64,000 bases of DNA from Eledone cirrhosa (GCA_964016885.1 OZ024743.1:293074001-293138000), one strand, 5' to 3'; shown: positions 1-14,290, counted from the stretch's first letter. Notes: generated by a model from the letters alone, not told the origin. Numbers and translations are program-made.

Positions 1-1273
<1,273 letters not shown>

Positions 1274-1445
1274 AGGTGCAATACTGGTTGTGTAAAATGG
1301 TCCAATAACTTAATGTTAACATATTAAGTTCTCCACGCTTTTGTATATCTCCAATTTCATTCGAGGGAACAGCTAGATGATGTAAAACGGAATATAAGTA
1401 TCAAAATGAAAATCTGAAGGCAAAGGTAAAATTCCAATCACTTAA

Positions 1446-1519
1446 TCACGACACATGTTTCAATAAGAGACATATCGATTGTGAAGCCATGATCGATTAT
1501 CACTGATCTCATCAGGTGA
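1446..1519 (-). ncRNA. Type I hammerhead in the 3' pLTR of family A copy 1
   Basis: tcac-CTGATGA-47 nt stem II-GAAA-c atgt g-TC-gtga on minus strand. Confidence 0.75.
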
Positions 1520-3105
1520 AAATGAATTGTCTTCAAATTTTTGATATGAGGGAGAAAAAATAACGATCTTTCTTCATATAATTCATTCCCTCATATGGAG
1601 ACACACCAGTCAGTCAGAGACAAGGCAACTGCTATTAGCTTTAGTTGAGGTCATAAAAGTTTTCAGACTTCTATCGCTGCAAAAGACGCTGGACATCAAA
1701 CAATTCCGTAGGGATACAGTCAGTCACAGTTAGAAGTGAGTGGGTACACACACACTCCACACCCGCATACATCGGCTCGAGGTCAAAGAAAAATAAAAAT
1801 AAAAATAAAAATAAAAATAAATACTTATATATACACACATTAACACAGTATTAAACCCGCAGAATTAGCGTGGGTGGGTACACACACACTTCCACACACA
1901 CCGAAGCGATATCCGAGAAAAAGCACATATAAGAATGTACCAACACAGCAATCACCGATAAGTTAGTTCGCAAAGCAACAGAAGTTATGTCGGTCAAATC
2001 TCAATTTGACGATGTAAATTGGAAATATTGGGTTAACCAACGCTACACATACATACACACACACACGCGCGTGCGTGCAAGTAAGTTCAGTTCAGTGTTC
2101 TGCTATACGTGTATAGATCCAATTATAACATCCATATCTTCAAGTGTGTGTTATGGTAAATGGTATATACACATCCGAATCGTCCAAAACATGGGGGGGG
2201 GGGGAGGGGTCCGGGTATGTACACATCCATGTGAAGAGCTCAATTTGACGATGTAAATTGGAAATATTGGGTTAACCAACGCTGCACACATACACACACG
2301 CGCGCGCGCGTGCGCGCAAGTAAGCTCGGTTCAATGTTCTGCTATACGTGTATAGATCCAATTGTAACATTCATATCTACAAGTGTGTGTTATGGTAAAA
2401 GGTATATACACATCCGAATCGTCCAAAAAATGGGGTGGGGATGTCCGGGTATATACACATCCATATGAAGAGCAAGCAATCAGCTCATGTCGAACTCCTT
2501 GTGTACCGCTGTCCAGTTGAAAATCAGAATCACCAAATCCGTGCGTACAAGCAACTGCAATGTGGGCCGGCAAAGGGCTCTATGTAGGGTTGGGTATAGG
2601 GTAAATGAGTCCGCAAGTGCGATCTCCCGCCACATGGGCCAATGAGCTTTTAAGATAGTTGTTAAAGTGGTGGAGGTGTGTTATTCAGCATAGAAGGTGA
2701 AGTAAGAAAATACAGGATAGTGAAAACCAGAGGATGTGTGTAGGCCCATTAATGGTGTGTCAGTATCGTTGTTCAATCCGTAACAGTGAGTCCTCCATGG
2801 TTAGATGATCACGCATCAAAACCTGGTGTAGTGTTCAGTCGGTAGGAACGTGACATTCGTAAATGTGGGAGCTCAATGTCTAAAGGAAGCGGGTAATGTG
2901 TGTAGAGCTATGTATAGGGAGCGTAATCGGTCCTAAGTGTGTAATCAATCTAACTATTTACTAGCTGTGAGAACTCCGTGGAAACAGGCCGAGTATCTTT
3001 GCAAGTGCGCAAACAATCTTCGCCGTCTAACTACCTAAGTGTGTGACTGTCCGTTTATTGAGAGAACTCTATGGCTAAAGTAGAGAGGGAGGAGTTATTG
3101 GTAGG

Positions 3106-3849
3106 TTACCTTCCAAAAATCCTGCGGAAGGTTTTTGAGGTTCTATGTTGACAGTTGCTGAAAAAATCTGCTCTTCTATTAATTAATAGGGGGCCGCCTC
3201 TAATAATAATGAAAGTTTCAGCTATACATAAATTGCAGACGCCAGTGCTACCGTTATAAGGTTGGGCTGAACAAACTATGGACCAGGATAAGGAGTGCTC
3301 TATATTCTGAAGTTTAAGCTTCCAGACTAATTCCGAAAGTGCCATGCTATTTTTCTTGTCTAATCTATTAAAGGTATGGCGGTGATTATACCATCTATCC
3401 TTAAATTCCGTGGCAGTTGCCCCAACATATCTAAAGGTTCTATCAGGAGTGGAGACCTTACAGTCGTAGATTATGTTTTTGGTAAGGCATTTCCCAGCCA
3501 AGGGGCAGGTGGTGGTACTTCTGCAGTTGCATTTTTTGCTATCGATCTGGGTGGTTCGGGATTGACTACGGTACCTTTGGGGTCGGGTCTCAGTTCTAGT
3601 TTGCTCTATGGGTAAATTCCCTGGGGTAGGGGCGACCCGACTCACCTCACGTGTATGAGTCAGTTCCTCAATAGAGCTGCCATTGTTCCTGCCATGCCTA
3701 ATTCCCTCATTGGCTGTCTTAAGTCTACTATAATTCATCTTAGCTATATTCTGAGCTATGTTACTAGTTGTGGAGTAGGACAGCTTGATAGTATTTCTAT
3801 TGAATATTTTATAATATCTGTGCGATCTGGGGAAGCATTTGTTTAAGGC
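3106..3849 (-). pseudogene. PLE ORF C-terminal fragment: RT thumb/linker, CNC-CP-C zinc motif and GIY-YIG endonuclease
   Basis: FPRSHRYYKIFNRNTIKLSYS; CNCRSTTTCPLAGKC; IIY...YVG...FKDRWYNH; CNLC. The first ~10 residues of the listed ORF come from the inverted pLTR. Confidence 0.9.
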
Positions 3850-3869
3850 ATCAAAAATTTGAAGACAAT

Positions 3870-3957
3870 TCATTTTCACCTGATGAGATCAGTGATAATC
3901 GATCATGGCTTCACAATCGATCTATCTCTTATTGAAACATGTGTCGTGATTAAATGA
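3870..3957 (+). ncRNA. Type I hammerhead in the inverted pLTR
   Basis: CTGATGA 3880-3886, GAAA 3934-3937, GTC 3943-3945; stem I tcac/gtga plus tcattt/aaatga. Confidence 0.75.
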
Positions 3958-3990
3958 TTGGAATTTCACCTTGCCTTCGGATTTTCATTT

Positions 3991-4215
<225 letters not shown>

Positions 4216-4313
4216 GGAGGTGAGTTTTATTGTAGTACAATAAAGCAATGCAGATATCGGATAAGAAGCACTCTACAGTTTGTGGGACTGGAGTATGCAT
4301 ATATATATATATA

Positions 4314-4870
4314 TATGAGGGTCTGCTGAGTATGCATATATATATATGAGGGTCTGCTGAAAAGTTGATGGGCTGACCAAGATACTCTCATGGAATATAA
4401 CCAAAATGAGTTTTATTTTTCAACATAGATAGACCCCTTGCAGTCAACACACATCTTCCATCGGTGTTGTAGTGGTTAGATACAATTGGTGAAGAAGCTT
4501 TCATCCTGTTGGTCAAAACTGTCATCAACAGCAGATATAACGTCGTTACGACTGCGATACTGATTGCCAGCCAAGTGCTTGTTCATGTTGCCGAACTGAT
4601 TATTCTGGGAATATGGTGATGAACCAATTCAAATCCACAGTCACGTACAGCCGCCATTGAAACTAAGAACTTGTGTGCTGGGGCATTGTCCTGGTGAAAC
4701 AAGACCCCTTTCGTCAGTTTCCTGGGCATTTTGGTATTGATATCCTTTCGGAACTGCCTTGGTAAGTTGGCTTAGTTCTCTCCATAAATGGTAAGACCCT
4801 TTTGAAGATAGTCAAACAATGCCTTTTGCATCACAAAAATTTGAGGCCAGCACCTTCCCTGTAGAAACGA
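4314..4870 (-). mobile_element. Mariner transposase 3' remnant with terminal repeat
   Basis: Minus strand reads GKLTKGVLFHQDNAPAHK...QHRWKMCVDCKG..YVEK; starts with a TATGAGGG TIR-like end, locally duplicated. Confidence 0.85.
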
Positions 4871-5321
4871 CCAACATAGTATATACTATGTTATTTATTA
4901 TATATTATTTACAATATGCATGTAGGCAGATCTTTCTGGAAATAGGAGTGGTGTGTTGAGGGTATTGCGTGGCCATGAGAAGGGAAGGTGGCCCAAAATG
5001 TTTGAGAACATCTGCCTTAGGCGAAGTTTTCAGCACTGCGGTTGATATAACCGAAGAATGGGTCTTTGGATTAGATGGAGGTCAATCCTGGTAAGAACAT
5101 CTGTTAATCATTTTTTTTTATTCTTGTTTTCAAGTCGTTAGAATATCGAATAGAATGTTTTGCAATATTGATTCCGGTTTTCTCTAATCTGAGTTCAAAT
5201 ATTTTCGAGGTCAATAAAAATAATATTAGTTTTGTACTGGGATCGATTCTTTATATCTCTTTCTCACTTTCCCTATACCACTCTCTCTATCTCTCTCTAT
5301 CTATTCCTCTCTCTCTCTGTA

Positions 5322-5380
<59 letters not shown>

Positions 5381-5527
5381 ACTAGAAATAGATTGACATA
5401 TATATATATAAAATAAACATGGAACAATCACAGGGAATAATTTGTAAAGTGTGTAAGCACACATAGCTATGTAGGTAACTAATTAAAGTTTAACTAGAAC
5501 TTCAAATATACCTTTTAAAATGATTAA

Positions 5528-5621
5528 TCTCCTTTGTATATATTTCTTTAAATAAAAAATATATTTCACCAATTAATCAGTAAATCACAGTAGTCAAATC
5601 TCGGATGGTCACCAAAGGAGA
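5528..5621 (-). ncRNA. Type I hammerhead fold with G3-C8 swapped core (GUGACCA)
   Basis: tctcctttg-GTGACCA-t ccga..ttgg t-GAAA-tatattt..aaatata-TA-caaaggaga; 9-bp stem I, 7-bp stem III. Confidence 0.75.
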
Positions 5622-6070
5622 AGATCCAACCATCTGTGTTTACACAGCAAATGCAAATCTGTGAATGACTCGTACCATGTTTTGCATTTTCTTTTAAATA
5701 CACACATCGCACAGCGTCATCCCAGTGGCGTGAATAGGATTATCGACAGCTAGAAATAACAGCCGAGTCCATTCAACTGAGTTTGCTCTACAATTAATGG
5801 GCCGTATATATATCCAAAATTAAATTGAGAGTTGTCATATCTGAGAGACATGCGCCATATCCACTGCAGAATAAGCTCAAAGATTCCAATGAATAGATCC
5901 GAGCATTTTATATCAACTAGAAATAGATTGACATATATATATATATATATAAAATAAACATATGGAACAATCACAGGGAATAATTTGTAAAGTGTGTAAG
6001 CACATATAGCTAGGTAGGTAACCAATTAAAGTTTAACTAGAACTTCAAATATACCTTTTAAAATGATTAA

Positions 6071-6164
6071 TCTCCTTTGTATATATTTCTTTAAATAAAA
6101 AATATATTTCACCAATTAATCAGTAAATCACAGTAGTCAAATCCCGGATGGTCACCAAAGGAGA
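6071..6164 (-). ncRNA. Second copy of the G3-C8 hammerhead fold
   Basis: Same core and stems as 5528-5621. Confidence 0.75.
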
Positions 6165-6439
6165 TTAATCATTTTAAAAGGTATCTATATTTGAAGTGGT
6201 AATTAAACTTTAATTAGTTACCTACCTAGCTATGTGTGCTTACACACTTTACAAATTATTCCCTGTGATTGTTCCATATGTTTATTTTATATATATATAT
6301 ATATATATATATGTCAATCTATTTCTAGTTGATATAAAATGCTCGGATCTATTCATTGGAATCTTCGAGCTTATTCTGCAGTGGATATGGCGCATGTCTC
6401 TCAGACATGACAACCCTTAATTTAATTTTGTATATATAT

Positions 6440-7438
6440 ATATTAGAAAGATCGAGTATCGAAAAATCGGCGCACGAGTTCACGATAAACGAGATTCGAC
6501 ATGAGCGGCAGAGGGCTCAATAATTCAGATGAATCAGAGCTATAACTATCGTTAAAATACCGTCACATATAGAACAAGTCTACAATCAACCATACGATTT
6601 AAAATCGATAAACGAAGATTCGGGACAAACAGATAAAAAATATCAATAAAACAATACGTCAATAATTTAAATGAATGTAATATCATACCCGGACCCACTA
6701 GACAGGTGTTAAATCTAGCTTCATGGGTTTCTGTAAATCCTTAGACTGTACTCTATCAGCTCACATATAAATATAAAAGCCTACTAGAGCAAGCGGAACG
6801 GAGTTTTACTTTCTCAACGAGTTTTTTTCCTGGCGGTAGAGGAGCCAACTACCAGTGAAAAACGCACATGGCATTAGACAAGGGAGATAACCCCTATATC
6901 CGCGAAAACAATTCGAGTGAATGTGGAAATACACATATCGAATTAGAGTGCTCAATAGACATGTTAAAATAAAACAAAAGCTATTCATCACTCAATAGAA
7001 TCGACAAAAAATGAGCAATAAAATTAACTGGTGGATAGCTATGTCCAGAGCTAAATATATTAGAAAGATCGAATATCGAAAAATCGGCGCACGAGTTCAC
7101 GATAAACGAGATTCGACATGAGCGGCAGAGGGCTCAATAATTCAGATGAATCAGAGCTATAACTATCGTTAAAATACCGTCACATATAGAACAAGTCTAC
7201 AATCAACCATACGATTTAAAATCGATAAAGGAAGATTCGGGACAAACAGATAAAAAATATCAATAAAACAATACGTCAATAATTTAAATGAATGTAATAT
7301 CATACCCGGACCCACTAGACAGGTGTTAAATCTAGCTTCATGGGTTTCTGTAAATCCTTAGACTGTACTCTATCAGCTCACATATATATATAAAAGCCTA
7401 CTAGAGCAAGCGGAACGGAGTTTTACTTTCTCAACGAG

Positions 7439-7443
<5 letters not shown>
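6440..7443. repeat. Partial tandem repeat (~617 bp period, ~390 bp direct repeats), probable non-autonomous PLE derivative
   Basis: ~6440-6825 nearly identical to ~7057-7443; TA-rich/(TA)n flanks; no ORF. Confidence 0.75.
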
Positions 7444-7502
<59 letters not shown>

Positions 7503-8386
7503 GAAGAAATCGACTGCGTTCAGACTTGGAGTGGAGATGGGTTACGCCAGCTTTAAAGTGGTCAACCCACGCCATATGGCACTACGACATTCCTACAACT
7601 CCATTAGGAGTTACGTGTCCATATATTTGCCTATGCGCGAATGCATATCTAAGATCGCCTATCTACACTGGTTTGAATGAAAAGGTTGTAGGTACGAAGC
7701 TCCAGGCGCTTGAATCACTTGCGTAGCTTCAAAGCTGTAACAAAATTTACATGGCTCTTCTGTTGTGTTACTTTCTCTCGTTTGTGCAACCAAGCGTATG
7801 CATATGTATGTGTGTATGTGTGTGTATATAAAAACATATTAACGAGTGTCTCTCTCTCTCTATATATATATTTATTTATAAATATATATATATATTTCTC
7901 TCTCTCTCTCCCTCTTTCTCTCTCTAGCTCTGTAATATATTTTATGTAGATATATAATATCAGGTATATAATGGATGTGCTTAAGTTTGTATATGTTAAT
8001 CTAGCTGGTACTGGCCTAGATTTTATATCCATCTGTCATGTATATTCAAATTTTAGATTAATCTCTTCGAAACGGAGACATAACTAACGGTGGGGGGGGG
8101 GTCGATTACTAACAAAAAGATGAGTAGTAGTTAGAGTGAGATTCGAATTATGTTGCGTGTATACATTGTTTATATAAATATATATGTATGTGTGTGATTA
8201 AGCATATAATAATTTTCAAGTCTCTCACCCTGTCGTACACACATATTTCTACATAAATGTATGTGTATGTATATATGTATCTATATATGTGTGTATGTAT
8301 GTATGTATGTATGTGTGTATGTATATATGTGTGTATGTATATATGTATGTGTGTATGTGTGTATGTATATATGTGTGTATGTATGT

Positions 8387-8708
8387 TTTAACAAAATTTT
8401 TTGTGGAGCGAGAGACTCCTCGTCTTAATAAAGACATATCTCTAGAAGGTCACTCTGATGTAAAACCTGCAACTTCGTTTGCATCCAATGATGTAGACCA
8501 GTTCTTCTTTTGAGGCAAATGCATTCGATGTTCAGAGAGTGGCATTGGCCCCGTGCACAGTATTTCCTTACTTAAAAAGCTTCAAGCACAGGCTTTGCTT
8601 GATATGTGACATTTTTGGCGATGCATGGTATTGCTGACCATAGCAGGACTAAAAAACCATATCCATAATACTCATATGCCATTACTCGAAATCGAGTTGC
8701 AGCCTTCG
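8387..8708. repeat. Interspersed repeat remnant in (TATG)n, related in inverted orientation to 48553-48960
   Basis: Shared segments acctgcaac..atccaatgatgt.gac..gttcttctttt and cgagttg(g)cagcc. Confidence 0.55.
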
Positions 8709-8959
8709 TGTATGTATGTATGTATGTATGAATGTATGTATGTATGTATGTATGTATGTATGTATGTATGTATGTATGTATGTATGTATGTATGTATGTA
8801 TGTATGTATGTATGTGCTATCAGAAGTTCCACCCATCGTGCAGTTTTCTGCTAGTGTAAGACAGTGTTTCGTAATGAATCTCTCAATGTATACAAATGCA
8901 AATGACACGAATTCACACGAACATGTCTATTCTCTACAAAATATCGACTCGTAACTGAG

Positions 8960-9100
8960 TAACTGAGATTCGAACCCGTACCGATTTTTTAATAAAAGAT
9001 TTTTATCTACTATCGGATACTGCAGTAGACAGAGGCGCCAGCGTGAAATTGAACACCTCATTTCTTAGGTATCGGGTGAGTGCGTAAACCATATGATAAG
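8960..9100 (-). repeat. Degenerate tRNA-like (Pol III A/B box) segments
   Basis: Minus-strand B boxes GGTTCGAATCTC and GTTCAATTTC; degenerate A box TATCATATGG. Confidence 0.5.
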
Positions 9101-9136
9101 GGGTTCTCGGTCATCAATTGAGGCATTTTAGAAGAT

Positions 9137-10273
9137 ACTAGCAATGTATCCCGGCGTTGCACGGGTAAGAAGATTGGTAATAGCACCTCCAATAAGAAAT
9201 GTTTATTTGTGAGTGCCTGTGAAATCTCACGAAAACATACCGACAGGAAACTTGTTTTATTTAGAGAAAATTAAGAAGTTGAAAGTATAGTTTAGCTGTC
9301 TACGTGCATTGTTAATAGAAATATTGTTGAGTCCCTTCTTTTCATACTCCTCTGTTTTGGCCTTTTGGAGTAAATGTGAAAGAGAAAGTCACAGGTTAAG
9401 TTGGCAGAAGGTTCCAGTGTCATAGCAGGCTACTTACCTCAAAAGTTCATTCGCACTCTTTCCACTAAGTCACTCTATCTCTCTATCCCTCTCGGTGCAG
9501 TCCCTTGCGAATTTCTCGCGTAGGCCTGGTGTAGATTTGCACCCGATCCATCTGCCCGATGCACATGTCCGCTTTGTACGACTTTTGGAGTGAGTATTGA
9601 CCAGCAGTACGTTGTTCGGTATTATTACGAAAAGATGTAGCAGATAATCCTGCGTAAACTAACAGCTCGGGGGGAAATTGCTTACCTCGAAGATTCATTT
9701 GCCATCGTTCTTGTCAATGCTCCGTTTAGTTGGTATTTGTTGGTCTACAGTTAGATGAATGGCGCACAAAGGGTTAATGTTTATTGGCAAGAAGTGCAAC
9801 TGGGCTGGCTTGCCTCGCTTTTATATTAAAACAACAGATTAAAGTTTAAGCAAAGAATCGCTGATTTCACCCTTAACGGGATCTTCTGAAACTAAAAAAA
9901 TCAATCTGTAAATATTTCGAAAAACGTTGCAACCGAAGGAAAATAGGAAGACGATACTTTGGTTCGAGAAGACGTTCCCTGAACTGAAAATAGCGAACAT
10001 AATACGTCATCAATGTTTGTCAGAATGTCGTAATGCAGACAGCCAGGCATACAGACAAATATTATAAGAGCGCGACGGAGATGGATAACCGGCGCCTAAC
10101 ACCCCTTTAACAACAGAAAATTGAAAAATAAAAGCTGCAGTTAATATCTTTAGATAGCAAGGAATATATAAATGCAAGTGTGAAGTCAATCGGAGTAGAA
10201 ATCTGGATTTGTATGGATTTTGCAAAAATGAGGGGACACACAGACAACTACAGCTTTATATATATGTATAGAT
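9137..10273 (+). mobile_element. Non-autonomous Helitron/Helentron-like (Lep1/HINE-type) element
   Basis: 5' TACTAGC...CCCGGCGTTGCACGGG hairpin; 3' ACACAGACA...GCTTTATATATATGTATAGAT, resembling Lep1/HINE termini. Confidence 0.6.
9834..9909 (-). ncRNA. CAGAAGA-core hammerhead fold within a family B 3'-end fragment (~9826-10010)
   Basis: Homologous to 23669-23743 and 40822-40897; stem III partly mutated. Confidence 0.55.
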
Positions 10274-10417
10274 ACATTGACCTGTAGCTAGAGGTGTAAA
10301 TATCCGGTTAAAAACATTGGAAAAAGTTTAAATGTAGTCGTCCAATGTAAGTGACTATAAATAATAGTTGATAATATCGGGTAAAATACCTGCGGAGACG
10401 GAAAGAATTAGACGGAG

Positions 10418-10490
10418 GAGACTAGGAGGAATTGAACTTCACATCTCTCAGAAGCCGGGCAAATGCATTAACCATTACGCTAAAAGTTCT
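10418..10490 (-). repeat. tRNA-derived segment with Pol III A and B boxes
   Basis: Minus strand TAGCGTAATGGTTAATGC...GTTCAATTCC. Confidence 0.65.
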
Positions 10491-10623
10491 CTGGGGTACT
10501 TTAGCCGATTTTCTCAGCTATTATCAATATGCAAATGAGGCTAACCAGCCCATGTACATAGGTTTCAAAACTATATGTTTTCGCCTATATTGAGTTCCAC
10601 CACAGAGCAAGGTAAGGGCACAC

Positions 10624-10668
10624 TGTCTTGATAACGACTAGAGTCAGAAACAATGATCGACGTAGACA
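10624..10668 (+). ncRNA. Type I hammerhead fold with U3-A8 core (UUGAUAA)
   Basis: tgtc-TTGATAA-c gact ag agtc a-GAAA-c..g-TA-gaca. Confidence 0.6.
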
Positions 10669-11679
10669 TTTACCCACTTTTGCTTTTGCTAGATGGCGCT
10701 ACGTTACCAGTTTCCAAACGTCATAGCTAAGGGCTTTCAAATGTCACTCATAAGCATACACTATATCGCTATATATACAAAATGCTCATGTTTATATGTT
10801 TACAGCAATGTTCGAGCGAATAACCTCATTATATATATATTTTTTTTTGTTAACCTGTTTGGCTTGCTTCGTCTTTTTGGCTCCGGTGGCTGATGGCTTC
10901 ACGACCACTGTTTTCATTTTATCTGACCTTTATAACGTATGTTAATTGCTCTGGTCTTATTTTAGTCCATTGAGCGCTTGCCGCATATCTGGAGGATTGC
11001 GTTTCGTTTTGTTTTTGGCCCCCACCGAAATACAATCTCACTGAAATTGTATTTATATATATATATATATATATATATACCTTATACATAAAGCTTTTAA
11101 AAATGTCATATTAATCTTTAATAATGGGTGGTTGTTTCTAATAAAACCGGAGAATTTCCACGAAATCCAGCTTCAATATATAATCTAATTATACACATTT
11201 ATAAGAAAACTGATTATTTATTTAAGTTTCAGTAATGGAACCCATATCTGCGCCATTGACCGCAGCCTAGTCGTCTTTAATGGTACTACCGGCTCTGCTC
11301 AAATGTATTATCGTTACCTCGGCAGTTGTAAAGAACGTGGTTCTTATTCCTAAAATGATTTGTTTTCTTTTGTTTTATTTTTTTAATCTCAAATTCGTGC
11401 TTAGTAAGGTATAGTGTTTGCTATTGTTTACATCTAGGTCGATTGTATGTGTGTGTGTGTATGTGTGTGCGATATTAAAGAGAAAATGAAATAGATGAAA
11501 GTGAGAACCACAAACACACACACACACACACATACATACATACACAGATACATTGTTACGATATAAACAGTTAAGATTTATGTAATGTATCCATGACTAT
11601 GTATCATTATATATATATATGTATGTATGTATCATTTATATATATCATCTATATGTATCATTTTATATATATATATATA

Positions 11680-11734
<55 letters not shown>

Positions 11735-11910
11735 ATCCCGGGTTCAATCGAGGGGTAACCACAGTAAGTAAGGTACTTAATACAGAGTATAGATATTTAA
11801 TATAGAAATGGCTTCTACAGGACTAGAACTGTTTCATTCGGTGGAAATCATCAGGAATCCCCTGACGATTTCTCCCGAATGAAACAGTTCTAGTCTTGTA
11901 GAAGCCATCT
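11735..11910. mobile_element. Palindromic mini-PLE remnant with two divergent hammerheads
   Basis: Inverted arms across 11808-11908; minus CTGATGA (11848-11854) and plus CTGACGA (11862-11868), each followed by GAAA-cag..(c/t)tg-TA-gaa. Confidence 0.75.
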
Positions 11911-12329
11911 ATGTATATATGTGTCAATATATAAATTATTAATACAATAACAGAGATAGTTTAAAGCTAATCTCTGACTGGTAACCATCTCACTCAACAA
12001 ACATTAGGTTATATTTTAATATAAACCCAATTTAAGTGTTTGGGGTGCTAACAATATGTATTATGTGGAAAAGCCAGTTGTATTATTTTATGAGATATAA
12101 TTAAAGTTAAAGTATATCTCTCTTTCCAAACAATTGTTTCATTATAAGTTTTCTACAAATTCGGAGAATATTTCCAGTTTATGTAGAAGCCTAATCTACA
12201 TTCATGTAAGAATATATTTAGGTGGGCGTTTATAAATCATCAGTGGAAGCCCATTAAACTTTGATATAAGAAAACCAATTCTTACCACAGTTAAAAATCG
12301 TGTCTGTTAAGTTGCTCCTTCCCGCATGT

Positions 12330-13010
<681 letters not shown>

Positions 13011-13148
13011 ATCCTATGGTTGGCGCAGGAACAGAATTAAATATTTATTTAAAACAACAGAAGGCCAGGTTAGAGATAACCATTTAAAGTTTTTTTGCAA
13101 CAATAAAACTTTAAAAGGATATCTCCAGCATAGCCTTCTGTTGTTTAC

Positions 13149-13179
<31 letters not shown>

Positions 13180-13230
13180 AGTGTGTGTGTGTGTATGCGT
13201 GTGTGTGCGTGTGTGTGTGTGTGTGTGTGC

Positions 13231-13372
<142 letters not shown>

Positions 13373-14164
13373 ATGTGTGTGTGTATTGTATATGGGCGAG
13401 ATGGTTGAGTTATATAGGGGTGTATAGTGTAATGGTTCATATGTATACAAACAGATATCTTATATATACGTGTGCTGATGTCTGTCTATTCGCTCATACA
13501 CCCAAACCATTGAGTGAAAATGTATGCGAGGGAAAGGGATGAATATAGAAAATATAGTGTCCCGGTGTGTATGAATACATGGTTTTGTGAGTGTGTTGAA
13601 ACATGCGGAAGAGAAAGAATTGCTTTATCTCTATATATGTATTTTATGGAGATAAGGATGAAAAGATAGACATCTTATGTCTATAACCTTCGCAAAACCC
13701 GTCGGTTTCGAAGATGTACATTCAATTATCCTATTAATTAAACATCTAACTAGTGAATTAGCGTGTTAATGACTGAGTATTCTACAGACATTTGTGGTCT
13801 TAACATAATTGCCTAGTTGAATTAGCATGATCTGTTGGATTCTCTACAGTTCCTGTCAAACCAATTTCACTCGTAATGTTAGGATTGACCCGAGGCGTTT
13901 GAATAAATGTCACTCAGTCATGCCTGAGTATGCAGGCCCGCTTCATAAATGATTAGATTGATTCAGTTTGTGTTCAGTTTGGTCTGTAGTTCGTCATAAC
14001 TGAGATAAAAATTAGGCGAGAAAGAGCATTACAGATGGATGACATTAAAAAAGGAAACATTGGGTGAAGAGGCTGCTCTGTGTTCCAGTGTGCAAGATTC
14101 TCTATGTGTGACGACAGGAAGAAAAACGAATATGTTAGGTGAGCTTGGGTGGAAATTGTATGTA

Positions 14165-14290
14165 ACTATATGTGAATTGGCAGACTCGTTTAAATTTGCA
14201 GTGTTCGTTCCGTCTCTTTGCTCTGTGAATTCAAATTCTGCCAATGTCAGTTTTGCTTTTCATCTATTTGCGGTCAATAAAATAATGTGC
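14165..14290 (+). mobile_element. Decayed tRNA-derived SINE
   Basis: ttcaaattctgcc...tttgcttttcatc...ggtcaataaaataa, matching the 29.7 kb SINEs. Confidence 0.6.

Larger units (their letters stand above)
5377..6432 (-). mobile_element. Non-autonomous PLE-like element with tandem pLTRs and an inverted end
   Basis: 5377-5621 repeated directly at ~5911-6164; 6156-6432 is an inverted copy of ~5815-6079; TA flanks; no ORF; HHR fold in each repeat. Confidence 0.8.

Noticed and set aside
10418-10490. Functional tRNA gene
   Set aside because: A and B boxes are present but the anticodon and acceptor stems do not pair well; treated as tRNA-derived
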